Source of the DNA: Ascoidea asiatica JCM 7603
Taxonomy: Eukaryota; Fungi; Ascomycota
Direction of reading: 5' to 3'
Length of the DNA: 11,755 nt
NCBI GenBank assembly: GCA_001600695.1
Contig: BCKQ01000004.1
Span: 1,136,068-1,147,822 of the forward strand
Positions 7,091-11,755 of the stretch are shown here, piece by piece (positions within the stretch are counted from its first letter, which is position 1; every line of letters starts with the position of its first letter). A model generated the notes under the pieces. That model saw nothing but the letters and a program-made list of their open reading frames with translations, ran no database searches and was not told the DNA's origin. The position numbers and the translations under genes were made by a program.

Positions 7091-8242
7091 ATTATTACCA
7101 ACACTACCAAGAGATTTTAAAATAATAAAATCATTTAAACAAAATAATCTTAATAATCTGCCTTCTTCTTCAATTGAATTATTTTTTAAAATTATATTAT
7201 TTAAATTATTAATTTTTAATATTGATTCACCTTTTAATTTTTTATTTTCAATTTCTGATGATAATTTATAATCAATTTCTTCTTCTTCTTCATTAATATT
7301 ATAACTTATTGTTTTTTTACATTTATCTGAATTTAAATTTGAGCCAAAATTATTATTTAATTCAATAAAATCTTCTTCAGATACTGAATTTGTAAAAGAT
7401 GAATTTGAATGATTATCTAAAGAAAATAAATCAAATTCAATTGATGAATTTTGATTATTTGAAGAAATATTTGAAGAAATATTTGAAGAAATATTTGAAG
7501 AAATATTTGAAGAAGTATTTGAAGAAATATTTGAAGAAAAAACTTGAAGATTTAATGAAGATGCAAAAGATTGACCAATTGAACCACCTGGATGTTTATT
7601 ACCAAATAATAATTTTCTTGAATCTAAATCTTTAACATTTTCTTGAAATAAACATATTGAAAATGCATCAGATAATGCCATTAATAAAGTTGTACTTATA
7701 GTTGGAGCATTTAAACCATAAATTTTTTCTTCTTTATATTTTTCAGGTAATTCAACATATAATAAATTTAAAACTCTTTTATTTTTTTCTAAAATTGAAT
7801 TTCTTTTACATGTTAATAAAATTATATTTAAATTTAAATTTTTATCAATATTATTAATTAATTGAATTAATTCATTTGAATTACCAGAAGCACTAATAAT
7901 TATTAAAGTATCATTATTTTTAATCATTCCAAGATCACCATGTAAAGCTTCAGTTGGATGTAAAGAAATAGAATTAAAACTAAAAGAAGTTAAAGTTGCA
8001 ACAAATTTTAAAGCAATTTTATAACTTTTTCCAACACCAGAAATTATAATTTTACCATTATTATTATTATTAATTGAATTATTTGTTAAAATTAATGAAT
8101 TTTTAAATTGATTTAATGACCATGGTGAAAATTTATATTGATTTCTTAAATGAATCATAGAATTTGCTTGTGCTGATAAAATTTCATTTAATATAGGTAA
8201 TCCAATATTCTCATTTTCTAAAAATTTATCACCTTCCTTCAT
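6902..8242 (-). CDS. SIS-domain sugar-phosphate isomerase-like protein (KpsF/GutQ/KdsD-like), 446 aa, with a low-complexity C-terminal half
   Basis: First ATG is at 8242 (MKEGDK). Motifs GKIIISGVGKS, HPTEALHGDLGMI, SASGNSNEL, APTISTT and HPGGSIG are typical of the arabinose-5-phosphate isomerase SIS domain. No CBS pair is recognisable by eye; the tail is Asn/Ser/Glu-rich. Confidence 0.85.
7461..7538. repeat. Coding 12-bp tandem repeat (GAAGAAATATTT, 6.5 copies) encoding (SSNI)n in the SIS protein
   Basis: Six full units plus a half unit; one unit is a variant (GAAGAAGTATTT, giving SSNT). Confidence 0.95.
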
Positions 8243-8255
8243 TTTTATCAATGAT

Positions 8256-8281
8256 TATATATATATATATATATATATATA
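8256..8281. repeat. (TA)13 microsatellite just upstream of the SIS gene start codon
   Basis: Uninterrupted TA run beginning 14 nt from the ATG at 8242. Confidence 0.9.
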
Positions 8282-8640
8282 CAATAGAATAGAATATAAA
8301 ATAATAATAGAATACAAAAGTTTTAAAATAAATAATGATATTATTATAAATTGCTATCGAGTTTTGATTATAGAAAAATCAAACATTTATAAATATAACT
8401 GAATATAAATGTAGTAAGTAAGTAAACTACATTAATCATAAAGTCTCAGTTGAATAAAACTTCGAAAGTCGATAAAATAAAATCAAATAAAATATTATAA
8501 AATGATTCATAAAAGGTTAAACTAAACATTTTACAGTATGAATCATAGTATCAAACTAGTGAATTCAAAGAAGACGATAGTTGCCTGCGATTCGCAATTC
8601 ACACCAAATATTCAATACTGATAAATTTCACCGTACTAAA

Positions 8641-8655
8641 AGCATTACTAATGCT
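8641..8655. promoter_or_regulatory. Yap1-type element TTACTAA within a perfect palindrome
   Basis: AGCATTA-C-TAATGCT; TTACTAA at 8645-8651, about 400 nt upstream of the SIS gene. Confidence 0.4.
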
Positions 8656-8685
8656 CAACGGTATTCAAGTTAAATTGGTAATAGC

Positions 8686-8718
8686 TGCTAAGAGAGTGCT
8701 AAGAGAGTGCTAAGAGAG
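8686..8718. repeat. 11-bp tandem repeat TGCTAAGAGAG, 3 copies
   Basis: Three exact copies. Confidence 0.9.
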
Positions 8719-8912
8719 TATTGAGAGATAGGCTTGCTTTTGCGCGTTGTTTTTTCCTGTTTCTCTCCACGCAGTTCTTCCACCATTTTTCCAGCGCTGT
8801 TCGAGCTGTTTTCATGTGAAACTGCAGCTCCGGCTCCGGCGCCTCGCTTTTATAATGTAGTCCGTTGCACGGATTGGCTTCAATGCCGGTATGGACGGCG
8901 TGTCAGAGTGCG

Positions 8913-9075
8913 TGCCAAACCACGTGTCGGGAGCTGATTTGGCATATGAAATATCTTTCAGCCAGCTCCATCCGATATTGGGCCGTTATTGGCTTCTTCA
9001 GTCTCCGTAATCGGGCATAAGTACCTATCCGTGATTATCCACATTTATCCGGACCATGCCCCACTCTCGGATAAA
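8913..9075. promoter_or_regulatory. GC-rich island in the divergent SIS/ARD promoter with E-box, CGGATAA and CCCCAC motifs
   Basis: TGCCAAA (8913-8919) and TTTGGCA (8938-8944) flank CACGTG (8921-8926). TATCC recurs at a 10-bp period (9026, 9036, 9046). TTTATCCG (9044-9051) and CGGATAAA (9068-9075) form an inverted pair. CCCCAC lies at 9059-9064. Confidence 0.45.
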
Positions 9076-9797
9076 CTTAAAGACCCAGAATTCTGGGACT
9101 GCTTTATCATGCAGAAACCCACTCGTCCATTCGAAGTTAAAATTCCTTTGTAATTTTCATTTTTTATTCTAAAATTTATTCAACAATAATTGATACTGTA
9201 ATATTCAATATTTAATATTCGTATTATTTCATTTTTTAGTTCTAATAAGCTTAATTTTAATTTTAATTTTAATTTAAATTTTAAAATATTTGACTCGTTT
9301 AGAATCATGAATTTTATAATCAATTAGGAAAATTACAATATAAAAGAATTCGATTTACATAAATTGGGATGAATTAAATAATTATCAATAATTATCAATA
9401 CTAAAATTTCGAAATGTTCCATTGTTTCATTAAAAATGAGTTACTTTTTTCATTAAATAATACTATTTTTATCTAATAATACATTTTTTTTTTGTATATA
9501 AGAATATTCTGAATTCTAAAAAGTTTTTCCCCATATTTTTATATGCTTAAATGATTTTCTGTTCATCTGAATTCTCATATACTTCAAACAAATATAATTT
9601 TACTCTTATAATAATTTATTCTTAACTACTTATCTCCCTTTTTTTTCTTACTTTTTGAAGAAGAGAAAAGTGTAACCATATAAAATGTTTGGTATAATAT
9701 ATTGGATATATTCCATGTTATTATAATGTATATTTTATAAGTTTCTTTTTGATCAATAAAAGTAATTTGGATATAAAATTTTAAAAATATACTCAAA

Positions 9798-10683
9798 ATG
9801 ACTAATGATATTGAAACTATTACTGATATAGTTCCAAATTTTAGATTAGATAAAAAATTAGCTGTTATTACTGGAGGTGCTGGTGGTTTAGCTTCACCAA
9901 TTAATAAAGCTTTATTAGCTCAAGGTGCTTCAATTGCAATTGTTGATCTTAATAAAGATTCTATTAAAAATGCTGAAAATGAATATTAATTGGGCTAAAT
10001 TTAATAATATTCCAATTAAAACTTCTGATGGAATTTCTAAAATTTCTTCTTGGGAATGTAATGTTATTGATTATAATCAAATTACTAAAACTATAAATTC
10101 AATTAATTTATTTCATAAAAATATTGCAAGTTTATTATTACATACTGTTGGTTATTGTAATCATTTTCCTGCAGAAGATTATCCACCAGAAAAATTACAA
10201 AATTTAATTAATGTTAATTTAACAGGTTCTTTATTTTTCAATCAAGCAATGGCAAAACCTTTAATTAATTCAAAAAAATCAGGTTCTTTTATACTTATCG
10301 GTTCAATGTCTGGTGTTATTGTTAATGTTCCTCAAAATCAACTTGCTTATAATTCTTCAAAAGCAGGTGTAATTCATGCTGTTAAATCTTTTGCAACTGA
10401 ATGGGCAAAATATAATATTAGAATAAATTGTATTTCTCCAGGTTATATTGCAACTCCATTAACTGAAGTTTTTATTAATTCAAATCCACAAATGAAATCT
10501 GAATGGGAATCAAGAGTTCCAATGAATTCTTTTGGATTTGCCATTCTAATCATTGGAACTGTTTTATATTTCTTTTCTGATTCTGCTTCTTCCATATTTA
10601 CTCTTTATTTATCTATTCATTTTATTTTTATTTATGTTTATACAAATTGCAATAAACTCTTTACAATCTTTATAACTCTTTAA
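9798..10683 (+). pseudogene. Disrupted D-arabinitol 2-dehydrogenase (short-chain dehydrogenase/reductase, Candida/Pichia ARD1-like)
   Basis: The N-terminus IVPNFRLDKKLAVITGGAGGLA carries the TGxxxGxA Rossmann motif. The second frame has GSMSG, catalytic YNSSK and EWAKYNIRINCISPGYIATPLT. Lesions: a +1 frame break near 9984 (GAA TAT TAA vs ATT AAT TGG), an inverted segment at 10526-10549, and loss of homology after SDSASS (about 10593) with no terminal TG..L.VDGG motif. Confidence 0.85.
10515..10560. repeat. Perfect 11-bp inverted repeat enclosing an inverted 24-nt coding segment
   Basis: AGTTCCAATGA (10515-10525) and TCATTGGAACT (10550-10560). The reverse complement of the spacer is TTAGAATGGCAAATCCAAAAGAAT. 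Confidence 0.95.
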
Positions 10684-10840
10684 AGAATTAAAAACTTTCA
10701 TATTTTGTTTCCATATTTTGTTTTGAGACTCTCTTTATAAACCATCACTCGCCACACCATTTCACTCAAATTTCCAATAAAAACTGGGGTTGTTTCCCAA
10801 TATGGAAATTACTGATAAAATCACCCCGGTTTTTTAAACA

Positions 10841-10906
10841 TTGTGGCTATATTTACCCGTTTAGGTCTTTATTTACCCTTTTTTGTGGCTGTTTGACCCG
10901 CCGCGG
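10841..10906. promoter_or_regulatory. Degenerate 20-bp triple repeat carrying Reb1-like TTACCCG motifs
   Basis: TTGTGGCTATATTTACCCGT / TTAGGTCTTTATTTACCCTT / TTTTGTGGCTGTTTGACCCG, with exact TTACCCG at 10853-10859 and CCGCGG at 10901-10906. Probably a promoter for a gene beyond the window. Confidence 0.4.
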
Positions 10907-11755
10907 GGACTCGAAGTCAGCACGGCTGTGCTGCAGCGTGGCGTTTTTGTCTGGTTCTCGGATTATCTCTTCACCTGTTTTCACGCAGACTCCGAATATA
11001 ATTTGAAATAGCTTTATTTTAAAGAATTTGGAGAAAATGGTTTATTCAATACTCATATTGAATTGGAAATTGAAATCTGAGATAAAATTTGAATTGAAAT
11101 ATGTTATTTGAATTCAAATATTAAAAAACTATATTAAAGAATAAACTGAAAAGATTCGAGTCTTGAAAAGTTGCGTGGTGAAAAATGAAAAGCTTTTATT
11201 GGTGAATTAAACAGAAACAAAAAGTGGGCTATTGTAAAAAGCAACTCCCCAACTTTTAAAAATAGATGACTTCTTATTTTCTTAGACTTATTAATAACAA
11301 GTAATTTCAATTTCAGTTAACTTTGTTATCCATAGATGATCAAAATTTTAAGATTTCAAAATTAATCATCTAAATTTCACAAATTTAATTATTGTACTTA
11401 AATCTTTTTAAAACTTATCTTTATCTTTTGTTCGAGTTAAATAAACGTTAACTTAAAATATTATCATTGCTTGGTGTAGTATAAAATTAGCGAATTTCAA
11501 ATTTTCTTTTTCCTCTTATATTTTTCTTCCTCTTCTTTTTTTTTTATTTATCTTATTTTTCTTCATTTTTATTTAATTCAAAATAAATAATATATATTAT
11601 ATTCTTTTTCCAAGTAATTATATATCTTTTTATCTTTAAGATTTTTTTTTCTTAATTTCTTAATCAAATCTTTATCTTTCGCTGTATATTTTCGTCAAAT
11701 TATATTTTATCTATATTTTAATCAATAATTCCATTAAAACAAATAATTACTTTCT

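Noticed and set aside
7399-7635. Plus-strand ORF with (KKYL)n, and the 12-bp array as a CRISPR-like or telomeric repeat
   Set aside because: It is the antisense reading of the SSNI repeat. The units are contiguous with no spacers, and the context is eukaryotic coding DNA.
8734-8937. 67-aa ORF in the GC-rich island
   Set aside because: It has a TTG start and atypical codon usage, and open frames are expected by chance in GC-richer promoter DNA.
9685-9726. Short upstream ORF (MFGIIYWIYSMLL) before the dehydrogenase
   Set aside because: It is too short to distinguish from chance, and the transcription start is unknown.
9920-10000. An intron as the explanation of the dehydrogenase frame break
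   Set aside because: There is no GTATGT-like donor, TACTAAC-like branch point or suitable acceptor, and homology is continuous on both sides, leaving no room for one.
1-11755. Species assignment or alternative CUG genetic code
   Set aside because: Leu is encoded mostly by TTA here and I found no informative CTG codons at conserved positions, so the window cannot decide this.

Overview
A very AT-rich, eukaryotic window that looks like a budding yeast (Saccharomycotina) genome: intronless protein genes, Pol III genes with oligo-T terminators, and GC-richer promoter islands. From left to right it holds: two tandem DHA2/Atr1-like MFS transporter paralogs (the first cut by the window edge) that share a perfectly identical 144-nt tract; a convergent pair of tRNA-Glu(TTC) and a damaged, intron-containing tRNA-Lys(TTT); an Nha1/Sod2-family alkali-cation/H+ antiporter with a short tail and an Asn-Asp change at the conserved Asp-Asp pair, preceded by three Rim101/PacC-type sites; a compact fungal SRP RNA gene (about 268 nt) that the ORF track cannot show; a KpsF/GutQ-like SIS-domain gene; and, divergent from it, a disrupted D-arabinitol 2-dehydrogenase (ARD1-like) gene. 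The most striking sequence-level signal is in that dehydrogenase. A 24-nt in-frame segment between perfect 11-bp inverted repeats is inverted, and flipping it back restores the family motif PM-x-RMANPKEFIG. All family assignments come from motif recognition by eye; no database search was run.
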